A stretch of DNA of 64,000 nt from Octopus sinensis. Its lineage: Eukaryota. The translations under genes were made by a program, and so were the position numbers. Location: the NCBI RefSeq assembly GCF_006345805.1, contig NW_021832528.1, positions 186,001 to 250,000 of the forward strand, in the 5' to 3' direction. The notes under the pieces were generated by a model. The model saw only the letters and a list, made by a program, of their open reading frames with translations. It was not told the origin of the DNA and made no database searches. This document shows, in pieces, positions 12,822 through 26,850 of this stretch. Every line of letters begins with the position of its first letter. The stretch's first letter is position 1.

Positions 12822-13740
12822 ATGGCGAAAAAACGACGTGTATTCAAATAAAATTTATTTTATAGGGAAAACTAACTCGTAAGAATCGTGCCAAGGCTAA
12901 AACAGAGGCTGAAGCCAACTCTGTTTCTCTTCCTCACACTTTAGTAGTCTATCAAGGAAGAAGGACTTGTTTACTCTCAAAGTTAGTAAAAAGTCTCAGA
13001 AATGTACTCCGACCCAACACATCTCACCGTCTCCGCACAAATCTCTCAGAATCTATCAAAAATTTCATCGAAGACTCAAAAAACATGAAAATATCGCACA
13101 TAATCGACATTAATCGTCGAAATAAACTTCAAAAATTAAAATTAAGTATTTTTAAGCTCCCACATGGTTGTTTTTCTTTTGATAAAAACTTGAAAGGGCC
13201 GACTGTGTCCTTTGATGTCGAAAGATTTGCCCTTCTGGAAAAACCCGGCCAAAGTCAGTCCGATTTGATCAAATCTCCACTTTTAATAATGAAAAACATG
13301 AATAAAGTTGGTGATCGACCCGGAATATTAATTTCCCGCCTTTTTGAGGGTTTATTTCCCGCCAAAGAATTGGATTGTCTAAATTTACGACGTTGTGTTA
13401 TTCTGTACTACAATAATGATATTTTTGAGCTCAGACATTAGTATTTTGGCGGGTTTTTAAAATTTGTAGTTCGATTCGGACGAAGGAGGTGATTGGGGGT
13501 GTCGGAAAGGTCCTCGGGGACACGATCGAGGCGATTTCTGGCGGGAAATGTCCTCCAGATTTGTCAACCCTGACAGAAATATCTGATTTGGCGGACGAGG
13601 ATCCAAAAGTGGACTTGAAGACATTAAAGAGGTCGATGGGAGTTGATTTGGAGGAGATTGGTCCACGATTGTCCCTTCGGTTGAGGAGGATTGAGACTGG
13701 TCTGGCTAGTGGGGACAGATTGTATTTTAAAGACATGTGA
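12822..13740 (+). CDS. PPAN: Brix-domain ribosome biogenesis protein (Peter Pan/Ssf1-like), ~277 aa; join(12822..12839,12866..13166,13197..13440,13470..13740)
   Basis: PHTLVV, KLPHG|PTVSF, P.L.M.N, ELRH|YSI and EIGPRLSLRL..I..G motifs. Introns of 26, 30 and 29 nt give an 834-nt reading frame. Confidence 0.88.
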
Positions 13741-16199
13741 TACTTATTTTTATTAGATTTTTAATACCTGTTGAGAAATATTTATTTTTAGTGTCTTGAT
13801 ATTTAAAATTATAAGTGAGATTGAGTATCAAAGATTTTAAAAGTTGAGAAATAAATCTTATATAATGTCTGGGAATTTAATTTTGTGATTGCAGAAAAAA
13901 GTTTGTGTATAAAAATTGTGATTTGAGTGTTTTGTTTGTGTATAAAGTTTTTTTTATATTTGTAGTCGGACTAGAGAATAACTTGAAAAGTCCATTTGTG
14001 GGGATTAACAACCACGTGGGTGGATATCGAGGACCTTTCCTGTAGTCTGACCTCCATAGATGGCACAATCCAAGTGCTTAGTCAGAAAAACGAGGAGTTT
14101 ACGAGTGAATTATCAACATGAGAGTAAAAAAAATGGTGTGTTGTTGTATTGTGGAAGATAGAGAAGACGCGGGGTGAGTATAAAAGTCGACTGTGTTGTC
14201 TGAATGGGTGAAACAGACAATTGGAGTCGAGGAAGAAGGAACTGCAGGCTGAAAAGTTTGATGAAAGTTTTTAACAAAATATCAGTGTAGTTTGGCATTA
14301 TTCTGTGTAAAAATGATTTTGTGGTATTGGAAGTAATAAAAATCAAGTTTATGATGTTCATAGACCGAATGATGTGGATTCCCACATTGACGAGTAATTG
14401 AATAAATTTGATTTCTGAATCGTCTAATTTATTACTAATTCGCCAATAAATTGTGTTTACACTCATTTTAATGTGTCCTGATTATACATATAAGAGTCAA
14501 CTTGTGTCTATTTTATAATGAATTTTTTGTGCAATATTTAATGTCCCTGGTCCTTCATAAAACGGTACCCTTGAAGATTAAAAAGAATTACATGACTGAC
14601 CAAGATTGGGACCAAAAGCTTATTATCTTTAGAGATTCTCTCATTGATTACATCATCGATCAGTTTACTGTAGTAGACTATTTGGGACAATATGACTTGT
14701 TATGTCAAACTTTTGTACTGAACTTATCACACTGGAATATTGACGTCTCTGATTGTGATTAATTCAAAGAATTACTTTTATGCACTATTATTTTTTCAAC
14801 TTTTGATATTTTTCTATTTGAGTTTAATATCGGAACATGAATTTATTTTATATTACTGCCAGTATTATAAAACATATCTTTAACAATGTTAACAGAGTGG
14901 TTATAATTAATGATATGTTATCCACTCCATCCGAGTGGCCCATACTTTTTAGTCTTTAAAACCCACGTATGAAACAGGTTCATTATATAAATCGGCAATG
15001 GAAAACAATATTGCTGTTCTAATAAAATACTTGATCAATCATTTGAATGATTTCTCCACGTTTGTATGATTCCATTTACACATTTTGGAGTAATGTGATA
15101 AATTAGTTGACAAACTGTTGGAATGAGTCATCCACATCGACGTGGTTCTTTTGGCCATTAAGAACGATTTCCACAACATGAGACATCCAGAACTTAGTCA
15201 AATGACAATTCTATACCTTAAAGCGCAATGCCAATGAATGCCATTTTTTTCCAGTCTGACGAAACTTTATAAATTGTGAGTATAATCATTCAAATTCTTT
15301 TCTAGACTATATAGACGTGCAAAATGTGCATTCTAAGAAATTGGTCGAGCCTATCATGCATTGTATTTGTGATAGGGGCGTTCAAATAGCATTTCATATG
15401 CGTTCAATGGTGGTCCAGAGAAGATAATCAATATCATGGGGCTGATGTATTTTTTGTTATTTAATATTTTATAATTCATAAGAATTATAAAATTTAATTG
15501 ACATATAAACAATCAATTATTTTCAACGTGTTGACACTTTGTGCGTTTATTTGTTTTTGTTGTGGTCCTTTATGGAATCTTGTATTTATAAAAATTGAAT
15601 TTTTACATATTCTTATTCATTATTATGAACATATTTTATTTTTTTATTTGCTGTTTATTTCTCATTATTCATTATTAGTATGTTTATTGGTTTCTCAAGT
15701 CCTTTCTTATACCAAGGAAGTCGATTTGAAAGCATTTATAAATGCTGATAAACATTATTAAGAGTGATTAGTGGATTTTCTGATTTGGTTTTTCTATAAA
15801 GACACTATTGATGGATACAATCTGTTGATCTTTTTTATTTTCCGGCCAAGGTGATGCTGCATCATCTCGGCAATTATTTTTACTGCAATATCTGTCTAAA
15901 ACATATATAAATATACACAACGAATTGAATATGTTTTTGGGTGTCTTTGTCCAATACTTACAAATTGAATATGTTTTGGCCTGAATTCTTATGATTTTTT
16001 TGTTGTTCTCCGGGAGTCAATTGAATATGCGAATTCCCTCCTAGAACGAATATACACGATAGTTGTTTTAAAACACTTTTATCGCCTTTTTCTATGCTGC
16101 TTATTCCAAACAGTTGTGGGCGAGTCAATGGCCATTATTTTAGAGGGATTCCTATTTTGTGGAATTTATAATATTAATTTCTTATAATATCTACCGTGA

Positions 16200-16600
16200 T
16201 TCGTAATCCAGACATCAGATTCTTGGTATTCTTCCAAAACCAGTCACAATGGATGTCTCTACCACCCCAAAGTCTTTTTTAAGATTTCCTCGGCTAAAAT
16301 TTGCCAGCCTTCTTATTAGACTGCCTCGTTCATTGATGTAGCCAATCTGTTAAAACAAACTATAGCACAGTCTCCCAGTCCAAATGTCGTAAATTTTGGT
16401 ATCCTGAATGGCCCAACAAGACAACTGTTTTACTTGGTCTTTGGTAGGGAAGGATCTCTGGTAAGTTTTTGTAAAATAAAAATTTTGACGCCAAATAACG
16501 GTGTGCATTATTACCAGCAGAACCAGCTGAACATATCACATCGATGTGAAATTTTATGGAAATCGATTTTCCAAATTGAATAGTTAATCCTTTCATAACA
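16200..16600 (-). other. Unidentified, probably spliced host gene fragment
   Basis: The 78-aa ORF extends through a putative 22-nt GT-AG intron (DWET|IGYINERG); no family recognised. Confidence 0.25.
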
Positions 16601-16993
16601 TAAAGGAAACTTTAATTTATACAATATATTCTTCGGGTAGTCGGAAATGTTGTACGTATACTGAGATTCCAATTTCTAACATTATTCTTGTCCCGTTGGA
16701 AAAGCATATGTTTTGCTAAATTTTTAAAATATTGAGACTTACTAAAACAGTGAAAAGACTAGTGACCATCCATTTCTCACGTTACCTGAGAATGCCAGAA
16801 TGGCGTTGTTAGCGATTTGGAAAACATTGTAAAATACGCCTGTTTTGTCGGCATTATAAACATTTTCGGAACCATATTAATTTATTTTGGAAGAGATAAT
16901 TTTTTCAAGTTTTCGATTTCGTCTTTGAACTCATCCGCAGTATATCCCAATTCACAATGAAAAATTTATTGTATGAAATAGGAATTTAAATAT

Positions 16994-17616
16994 TTAATCA
17001 ACTTGACACAGTAAAAGTGGAAGAAGCGGTTGCATCGAAAGCAGCGGATACCGTTCTCCAGCGAGGAGGTCGTATTTATGAAGTTTTTCAATCTCAACCA
17101 CCTTCAGCATCTCCTGAGAAGTGATTCCAATTTCTACTAAAGTAATCTCCCTTGTCCTTTTATCGAAAACAAATATGTCCGGCTTGTTATGTTGTGCTTT
17201 GATGTCTGTCATCAGCGTCGTATCGACTCTGATCTCAACATTCTCAGTTGTTACTATTGATTGGACTGAGTGAGTCTTCAGTTTCTTTGAATATGTAATT
17301 CCATATTTACGACACAGGTTAAATGAAGACATCTCACCACCTCATTGTGACGGCGTATATAATCACTATTTAACATTCTATTGCATCTCATTGCCAAATG
17401 ATCGACTGTTTTTTTTGCAGATTTACAATGACTGCAATTTGATCCTTTTTCCTCAAAGAACAAGTTTCGGTCTTGTAAAAGGCAATACAATGCTTCGGCT
17501 CTTGGACTATTATTCCCTTTTGCAAGCCAGCCCGACGATGATGCAATATCAACATTCAAGTTTTTTAAACATTTGAATAACATAGAATGAAGAGATTTAC
17601 TGTTAATTTTCGTCAA
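16994..17616 (-). mobile_element. R4/NeSL-type non-LTR retrotransposon, C-terminal CCHC + REL endonuclease fragment
   Basis: CSHC...TVDHLAMRC...YIRRHNEVV, followed after a frameshift by HNKPDIFV.D....ITLVEIGIT...EKLHKY. Confidence 0.85.
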
Positions 17617-18198
17617 TAACCATTCAATTTGAAAGATTTTTTTATTTTCTTTAATTTAAAAAAAATAATGGTAACTGAAGACACGTCAAAGTATTTTCTT
17701 TGAAAAATTATCGATATTATTCTCTAATTGCCCATTTTAAATTGGCCAACAAAATTGAAGGAGCCAAAAATAACCAATTTGAGAAGATTGAGTGTACTTC
17801 TGTATAAATAGAATTCAATGACAAAAAATTTAATCAACAGTAAGGACCGCAGAATTGATTGGACTAATTCTAGTTACTAATAAATGAAATTTTACCACTT
17901 CTTCATCCATTTTTCAGATAGCGATCTTAAACTTAAACCCATTTTTTTAATTTTTCTAAGTGTAAAATAAATTTTAAAGTCGACATCAATATGATTAAAA
18001 GTACAGAAATAAACATTCTCTAAGAACGATGATTTAGTAGCTAAACTTGCTAAAAGAGTGGTTTGCAGATTTTTAAAAAGGGAAAATCGTTTTATGATAA
18101 AATTTTATATAGTTGACTATAAATGTTTCGTTATTTTTAGTCTTTGTTAGATAATTATTTTATAGTGGTGTAAGGATGGTTGGTTTTTTCGTCTAAAA

Positions 18199-20717
18199 CA
18201 GTGATTCTCAAGCTTTTTTGCTCAGGGGCCGCAAATTAAAAAAAAAAATTTACAGGGGCCGCAAATAATTTTTAAGAATTATTTATTAACCAATAATCAA
18301 AATTAGGTTTAATTCTACTTGTTGAAGTACGTAACAAATCACTCAGATGAGTATCAGTCAATCTGCTGCGAAACTTTGTTTTAATTCGAACGAGTTTACT
18401 AAATGTCGATTCGCAGACATATGTTGATCCAAACATTGCTAAATTTTTCTTTGCATTATTGACTAAATTCGGAAATCGGTTCTCTGGAATTCTCGAATAA
18501 AAGTCAATTATTGAAATGTTGTTGAACAAACTTTTCAGTTCAACATCATTTTGCAAATCAATCAATTCCAGTTGGTAAATCCCGGAAACCTCCTCACTTT
18601 TCATAATTAATGGAGATGCAAATAATCTCATTGAATTTGCACCTCTTTAAAGCTCTGTCAGCTTAAATTAAATACTAAAAACCTGAAATCTTGCATCAAA
18701 TTGCAAATTTAAATCTTCAATTATTTTTAAATATTTATCAGTTGAGCCACTTTCGGAATTTTCTGACAAATAAGGAAAATGTGTGTAATCATTATTTGAT
18801 ATCTGCGCTTTCCATAAAATTAATTTCTGGTACATATGTAGTAGTTGGCGGCCACTTTTTAGCGAATTTTAAAAAAACTATATTATATCTTCGAATGGTA
18901 CTTTGGTTCCTGCTAACCACGTTCCTGTTGAGTTTTAATGATATAAATACCAGTTTTTAGACTCGATTTACTTCGACAGCCCCTTCTGTAGCAATTCCAA
19001 GCCGGAGAGCTGCCAATGTTTAAAGTCATTTGGTGTCCGTTGCGACACACTTTTTTTTGGATGATTCCTCTGGATTGCATGAAATTGATAGCTTCTGACA
19101 TATTTGTGTGGTTAGATTGAATAGATTGACCTCACTTCTCATTTAAATTAAAGTAGCGTGGGATTTTATTATTTTTATATTGTATTATTTTTAATTATAT
19201 ATTTTTTTAACTAAAAAAAAATATAGTTTTTTTAAAATTCGCTAAAAAGTGGCGCCAACTACTACATATGTACCTAATTTCTTAACGAAGGCATTTATAT
19301 ATCCATAAATTTGATAATTTAGCTTATTTTCCCCTTGTAGTTCGACATTTAGGGCAGACAGATGCACCGATAGATCCACATAAAATGCTAAATCTGCTAC
19401 CCATCTATTGTCTTTCAATAATGCATTGTCCACTTTATTTTCAGTGAATAAAATAATTTCAGGGAGAAGTTGATAAAATCTAAATATAAAAGAAATAACC
19501 TTTTGAGACAAGAGCTACGGCTTAACCATCTTACTACTGAGAAAAGAAGGACATCGCCATAATCCGAATCGGTTTCAGTTAAAAATGTTTTAAATTTCGG
19601 TGATTCAAGGCGTTCGCCCGAATCCAATTGACAATTTTTATCACTACTTCAGAAACATTTTCCATTTAATATTTTGGAAATTAGGTTTTCCTGATGAATA
19701 ATGCAATGATGCCATAATACTGGAGTCCAGTTATTATCACACCTCCATTATTCATACGTCCACGAAAACCAGTTTTACTGCCAATCATATAAGGGGCTCC
19801 ATCAGTTGAATTGAAACTAATTTTTTTGGATCCAGTTGATAATCTTCAATTAATTTCACAATTGGAGAAAAAATCTGTGTTCCTTTAGTTTCTCCGTGAA
19901 GTGAATTCAATGAAAAAATTCTTCGTATACTCGAAAGTCAGATGTTACTCCCCTTATAAACACTACTAATTGTTCGATATCTGAAATATCTTTGGAACAA
20001 TCAAGCGCAAAAGAATAATATTGAAAATCTTTACAAATTCTAAAAATTACAAAACAATTTGCATACTGTAAAAGTTCGTTAATCAGATTATCAGATATAT
20101 CACTGACTCTTCTAGTAACAGTATCGTTACTTAGAGGTAACTTGTGTGCAATATCGAAAACAGCGGGCGAACAACATTCCGATGCAAATATTTCGATTGC
20201 CGTTTTATATAATTCGCCATCAGAATAAGGCTTCATATTTTTAGCCAATAGGTAACTAATTTTGTATGATGCCAGGTTAATATTAGACGAATATGTGCCA
20301 CTTTTGAAAGTAAATGATCGTTTTAAATAATCTTCTTTCATTTGTTTTAGTTTTTTCGTCCGAGAAACACCAGTGAATTTGTCATAAAGAATAGAGTGGA
20401 AACGGTAGTGCCGTTCGATTGTATACGTTTTTAGAGTTGCAATAATAGAATGGCATATTAGGCAAAGAGCCTTTCCATTGATCTCAATAATGAAATATTT
20501 TTCTTCCCAGATGTGTTGAAAAATCCTATTTTCCTCGGAAAGTTTTCGACAACGTTTTAGATCAGACATCACAACAACAAATAAAAAACGTGACATTTTT
20601 TTATTCATAAAATTTAAAAATATTAATTAAAAAATAAAACATTTATAAAACCTAGGGGCCGCAAATTAAATCCTAGGGGCCGCATGCGGCCCCAGGGGCC
20701 GCACTTGAGAATCACTG
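18199..20717 (-). mobile_element. Buster/Charlie-type hAT (GTF2IRD2-like transposase), decayed
   Basis: TIRs CAGTGATTCTCAA and TSD GTCTAAAA/GTCTAAAT. Fragments read KALCLIC..LKTYTIERHY, ALDCSKDI..QL.VFIRGV, VRWLSR and FGSTYVCESTFS. Confidence 0.9.
18829..19274 (-). mobile_element. Non-autonomous Merlin (IS1016-like) element nested in the Buster copy
   Basis: Long TIRs starting GGTACATATGTAGTAGTTGGCG and a perfect 8-bp TSD TAATTTCT. Internal peptide C..GH.M.L....W.C....C..K.S.K.G resembles the Merlin transposase N-terminus. Confidence 0.8.
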
Positions 20718-21532
20718 GTCTAAATATCATTTTCATAAACGCATCCACAGAAAACTAAGTAAATGATTTAAATTTTTTATTTTTAAAGTAACGTTTGAAA
20801 GGAAGCGGATAAACGTGATTTACGTATTGGACTCATAAAAGAGTAACGGGAACGGTTGATGACGTAACTTATGTTAACGATGAGTTTATATTAAACATAA
20901 TTTAGTAAGTCCTAATTTAGAGGTTTCTAGTTGTGATGATGTGTATAATTTGTTTATCAAAACGCTAAATTCTACAAATTTCTATTTTGAAGAAACGAGA
21001 AATGTTATTAATCGTGTCAGTAACAACGTAAGATGCATAAACAAAATTTTATTTTTTCAAAAATAGCTATTTTTATTTAGACGTGCTAGAAAACAGATAC
21101 AGTCTTAAAAAATGTACTCAAAAATATTAAAGAAAAAATACAGTATTAGAAAATTAAATTCGAAGATATTTGCGTCGCAAAAAATAATACGTTTGATATC
21201 TCAACAGTTTCAACTTGGTTAAAAAAAATCTTTGTTCCTGAGACATAAACATCTTTTTCGGTGATTTTAATGAAAAATGTCATCACTGCAAATCTTCGAC
21301 TAAGACAGACTTTCAATTCAATGCAATAGAAGGTCAAACTAAAATTACTCCAAGAGGCTTATGCATTTATGTCCAAGATTTGAAATAATATAGAAGTAAA
21401 TGTCACTTCAATAAATAATTTAAAATCAGTAGAAATAGAAAAACTCCTAAAATATGACACTCTTGCCATGAAGTACAATTAATTCATAATGCGACGGTGA
21501 AGATTGTCTTGTTTTTAACTAGCATGGGATTT

Positions 21533-21775
21533 TATTTATTTATTGACCAAAAGACCAGGGTAAGCCAGTTAATTATAATTCTCGTGATCCCCGATTCAAG
21601 CGAGGTTCGATCCTGCCCACATGAACGGACTGAGACAACGATGTCCCAGGGTCAGAGTTCTAGAAGTCCTTTTTTTGGTAGGCATTAAGTGCCTCCTGAG
21701 CGTTTCCTTATCCGACTGGAAATTCCAACTGACATGGTGGACCCCATAACGCCACGCTAAGACGGGATTGTTTCT
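21533..21775 (-). mobile_element. 5'-truncated retroposon 3' end with (TAAA)n tail
   Basis: High similarity to 56751-57005 (e.g. ggtaggcattaagtgcctcctgagcgtt, ccaactgacatggtggacccc); clade not resolved. Confidence 0.65.
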
Positions 21776-22589
21776 ATATTATTCAAGAAATATATGGATA
21801 TTCTTAAGATCAAAAAATCTTCCAAGCAAATCGAGAATAACATCGGAAAAGATGAGTGTAAAATATAAATTTAGGCTGAATGGTTGTAACGACCATCGAT
21901 GTCTGGCATTCTTAAACAATAAAGCAATAAATATCAAAAAAATAAAGAAATAAAAATAATTGCTCAATATTTGAAAGCTTCGGTTTGATCACATCAAACC
22001 GAGGAATCTTAAACTATTGACCGGTAATCTACTCTTTTTGGGTTTAGGACATTAGTTCAGGCCACTGAATTAGCAAGGACCCTGGTAAACGTAATCTTTT
22101 GTGGTGTAGTCCATGTCTGTTTTAAACAAACAATTTGAAACATATTTTACGGGTTTTTCCCCTTACATGAAAAATAAGAACAGAAGAATTGTGACTAGGA
22201 AACTGCATAATGTCCATGAAATAACCTTGAATGCTGCCTTTGGCATAAAACTAGAAGCCCTTAAAGCCATGGCTGATTCTGTAGATTACTCTAACAAAGT
22301 AGAGTGAGCCAGCGAGGTTGTAAGACATTCACGTCAGAGATTTAATCGTATTTCGAAAAATAAATACTACATTAAAACGGATACTTTTAACGAAAAGTTT
22401 GGGACCTCGAAGTCTATCTTTGATATCAAAACACTCTCAAGGGTGTCCCGGAAAAATATTAACACCATTACTCGAGGAAGATTGGAATCGAATAATTTGT
22501 TCTTGCTGCTTCTAATTCATTTCGAATTTCCCATTTCAAGATTATCGAACTTAAAACATAACTGACTGTTGGGTTTAAAAAAATGAGGC

Positions 22590-22770
22590 GATGATTATTT
22601 GCAAGAAACATATTTAGGGATTGGAAATTACAATAAAATGATCATAAAACTCAAAATTCTGAATTCGATAGATAAAACTGATTTTATTGACTATTGTTTC
22701 ACTGAGATGGATAAAGTAAAAAATTTCTATGAAAAATTCAAATCAAACTGCTTAAAGTTATCCAGAAGGT
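22590..22770 (+). pseudogene. Possible SPX-domain remnant
   Basis: DFIDYCFTEMDKVKNFYEK resembles the SPX FF..L..EL.KVN.FY motif, and upstream RDWKLQ is compatible; stops and frameshifts are present. Confidence 0.3.
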
Positions 22771-24719
22771 AAACAAGAAAATCAGTTATTAATCCAGAAG
22801 ATGAATAAAAATGTTATAAAAAACTTTATTATCGAAAGTTCGTGGCAACACGCATGCGATACTGGCTGCGGGTAAGTGACAATGGATTACTAGTAATAAT
22901 TTTGAATTTTTAATAAACAACCAAAAAGTGAAAAAACCTCGCCCACTACAATGGTGAGATTTAGAAGTTTGACTAAATTTCATATTTTTTATATTTACAA
23001 AAAATTAACACATAAATACTAAAAAAGAATAAATATAGTGTAGAAAAAAATATATTTAATAGAGGTTCATACAAATGGAGATTAACTGGTTGATGAAATT
23101 CAAATTGAAATGCTCAATAAACTTTATTCAGAATATTTTGCAAGAAATCAATTTAATTAATCTTCAACAACATAAATGAACAAAAATATTATACAATTGA
23201 TAACAAAAATATACACTTTTTTGAAATTTTTACCATTATTGAAAAAATTATATTCCCATTACCAACTTAGTTATATCAGTCCAATATTTGACAATAATAG
23301 AATAATGTAGATCACCTCTATTGACAACATCAAATATTTTTTCGCTTTCAACTAAACTGAAGAGATTTATATATCGTGTTTTAAAATCGATGCACATATT
23401 TTTAAGATGATATATAAACTTGTAAATCCTCGTCTTTAAGAATATTTTGTATTTTCAATAAATTTGGAAACTGTGATAACTCGTTAAAGTTTCTTAAAAA
23501 TAAAGTTTGTCGATGCTTTTTTTGTAATATTACTCATATCCTGCGTTTATAGTTAACTACAAGGTAAATCAAAAAGGAATATTTTATTACAAAACAAAAA
23601 AAATTCAGAAAAGAGAAGTGAGGAGATTTTTGCTTGCGAACAAGACCTCAAAAATAAATTTTCATAAATATTTGTATTGGTCCCTCTAGCCATTTCGCTA
23701 GTTGGTAATGATCCTTAGTACTCCATATTAGTTTCGAGACGGGAATCCTTACAGCAGTATTCGTATTTTTCTGATCGATTTTAGCCAGAATATTAAAAAT
23801 CTAATCAATACTTAATAAATACAATCACAAAAATATAAAAACCTTAGAAGCTTACAGGAAGCATCTTACTGCTAACTGCAAATCTCTTTAAACAGTTTTA
23901 TAATTATGATTTTTAATTTCTTAAAATTATAACTTTTATTCAATTGATAAAAATTATTTATTTTTTATAAAAATTTTTAAGAGATTCCAGTTTTTTATGA
24001 AAAAACAAAACATTACATTTTGAAGCCTTCAAATTAGGAAAATACTCAATTAAGATTGATGCTTTGTTTAACGGATCAATATTAACAAAAAAAATGGAGG
24101 ATTTATTTTTTAGAAAAAAATTGTCACATTTGAACGTTTTGTGACGTATGCACAAATTTGTTGATTTACAGAAACTTTAGCTTTAGTATTTTAACGTGTT
24201 ACTGAAATTAATTTCGAGGACACTGAAAAAAAACAGTAGTCATACCGATTACAAATCGGGAATTCTCAAAGTGATGGTTAAAAGTTTATTCTGAAGGCGT
24301 ATTGTCAAAATTAAAAAACACCGTTGAGAAGATAAAAGATATTAAAGCTGAAAATCTATCAAAAATACGATTGATTAAGGCTTTTATAATTATTTATTCC
24401 TCAAATCGATAATAAAGAATTGATTGAACTCTTTAAGTTTTTAAAAATAACAAAATAAAATCAACTTGCTGGATTATTAGTTGACGAATGACGATTATCA
24501 ACCATGAGTGAATGTTAATTATTTAACTATTATTGTTTATAATGAAAAACATAAAAAATACACACGTGCAGTACCCGGAGTAATTTTATTCTTTTGTCTT
24601 TTCCATTTTAGCATATTAAATGAAATAATCATCAGTGCAGGGTAGTGCACAGGATTTGCAGTTTATGTTTGGGAAAAAGCGACATTATTTTTCTTAAGAC
24701 TTTTATAAAGCTGTAACAA

Positions 24720-25850
24720 ATGAAAAATACAGAAAAGAAACATTTAGTCTAATATCAAAGGGAAATCGAACATTTTCAAGGTGCGGGAAAATGTTGAAGA
24801 GATATTAAAAAACATACAAAATGATCTGAATTAAAAATAAAAAAGCTTATTAGTTAAGATTAAGTAAAGATTAATGAATTAATAAAAAAATATTATACCA
24901 GACTAAAATTTCCATTGATTAGCTATTTATATCTGTAATTTAAAAGTTACCTAAAACTGGCCACATGGCCAAATGCATAAGCAATCTTTCATGTTACTGT
25001 AAAATTCTGCGGAAAGACAGACCATAAAATGAATGCTTAAATGCAACCCTCATTGGTTGCGGGGCATAAAAAGGAAACGTTTTTATTTTTAACATTCAGA
25101 GAATCAAATTTCAATAAAATGTATTATTAGAGATTAGTTAGATTTTAATTTATATAAACAGCTCTGTTCATGGCTGTCTTAAACAGCCCTGTCAATTACA
25201 ATGGAATGCAGCATTGCTAATTAACATGAGCCAAAATAATATTTGACGGGGTTTCTTATATTTCACGTATCTACGTGTATCGTTTGTAGCTAAAAAAGTA
25301 TAGTTTATTGTGCATTGGAGTCACCAGTTTTCTAACTCAGTTAAAGTTTGATAACTTAGTTTTGAAGATTGAGCTCTTCAACCTCCTTGTAGTGAATCAC
25401 TTGATGGCAATGATAAAAAACTCAAAGTGATTTTTTTCTTTTTAGTATGATTATGCGTTAACTTGAGTGGTCAGTTGATCGTGAATATAAAGTAAGGTGT
25501 CACAAACGGGGAATACAGAAAAGAAACGTGTATTCTAATATCAGAGCAGAATCAAACGTCACTGAGGTATGGAAAAATGTTGAACAAAAATATGGAATAT
25601 AAAAACAGCTCATTTGTCAGAATTAACTAATGATTGACGGATTAATTGAAATATTGTAGCAGACTAAAACTATGATTGATTAGCTTTTTACTTGTAATTT
25701 AATAGTAAGCAATTAATGGCCGCATGGCCATATGGATAGTAATCCATAAACTCAGGACTCATATCACAAAAACATATAAATGCGACTCCAATAAAAAAGC
25801 GACCTTCAGTGGTTGCGAGGCATAAAAAGGAAAAGCCTATTTTTAACACC
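24720..25850. repeat. Diverged direct duplication of ~350 bp (24720-25090 and 25510-25850)
   Basis: Shared blocks aatacagaaaagaaac, cagactaaaa, gattagct, tggcc.catggcca and ggttgcg.ggcataaaaaggaaa. Confidence 0.7.
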
Positions 25851-26339
25851 AAAAAATTAAATTGGCATGTAAAGTGTGCTGAAACAATTGAATCCTATGT
25901 TTATTTTTCAAATAATATTTAGTTTTTAAAATTTTCGACCATTCGAGATTTTGAATTTCAGGTCAGTGAGAAAGTAAACAATCTGACAAATCTCGTATCC
26001 TTCGTTTTGAAAAAAAAGGCTTGGAAAATAGTACTCTTCTGACAAAAACAAAGATATCGCTGTGAAAAAAGCGAGTTTCTTACAAAAAATCGAGTAGAAG
26101 GTCTTTGAATGACTTGTTTAAAGAAGAATGCTATCTTCGGCATACAAGTTGATGCACGCGAGGATTTCTTCTCGGCTGATTAAGGATGTCTGAGATCCCC
26201 ATTTTTAAAATAATAAAAATGACTGTACATTTTCTAACAAAAATTTTGGAATATTTTAAAATCGAAAATAATTTTATAAACACTTTTCATTCAAAAAATG
26301 ACAAACAACAGAAAATTTATCAATAATGTGGTCTATAAC

Positions 26340-26850
26340 GTCCCCGGAGTCAGCTCAAAGACCTCTCGGAAAAAGTACTAACGTGATAAGAGTAATTTAC
26401 GCTGACAATATTGATCTCGTCTTTTTAGATCAGAACTCACTGGATAACTTATTAAAAGTGATCCTACTTTAAAACAATTAAAACTACTTGTACAAATTTG
26501 CTGGCAGAAACAGATGAACAACGATAAACTCTACAGAACTACTCATACATCCAAAATTGCAAAAAAGTAATGTCCAGGAAATAGCTGCTCTTCAAACATG
26601 TCTTAAGAGCCTCGCAAATTACTCCTGGCAATCAGGCCACGGAATCTTACTTCTGCTTACCAAACAAAACAACATATCGGGGGCGACAAAGAATAACATT
26701 TCCGACCACGCTCGACCATGAACTATTTTCTAAGTAAAAACTAAAAGAAAAAAACTGGAATCAGTAGATGATATGGACAATCTGAGAAATCTTCTATAAA
26801 ACTGGGGAAAGAGGGAACAACTGATAGTGCTTATCCTGATTTCCATGGTA
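26340..26850 (+). mobile_element. Highly decayed LINE RT/3' remnant
   Basis: IYADNIDL (YADD-like) plus a downstream LINE-like C-terminus with many stops. Confidence 0.4.

Noticed and set aside
10882-17795. Inverted pair of the same TIR bracketing PPAN, as if a composite transposon had captured a host gene
   Set aside because: A third unpaired copy exists at ~39460, the only TSD is TA, and independent remnants are the simpler explanation.
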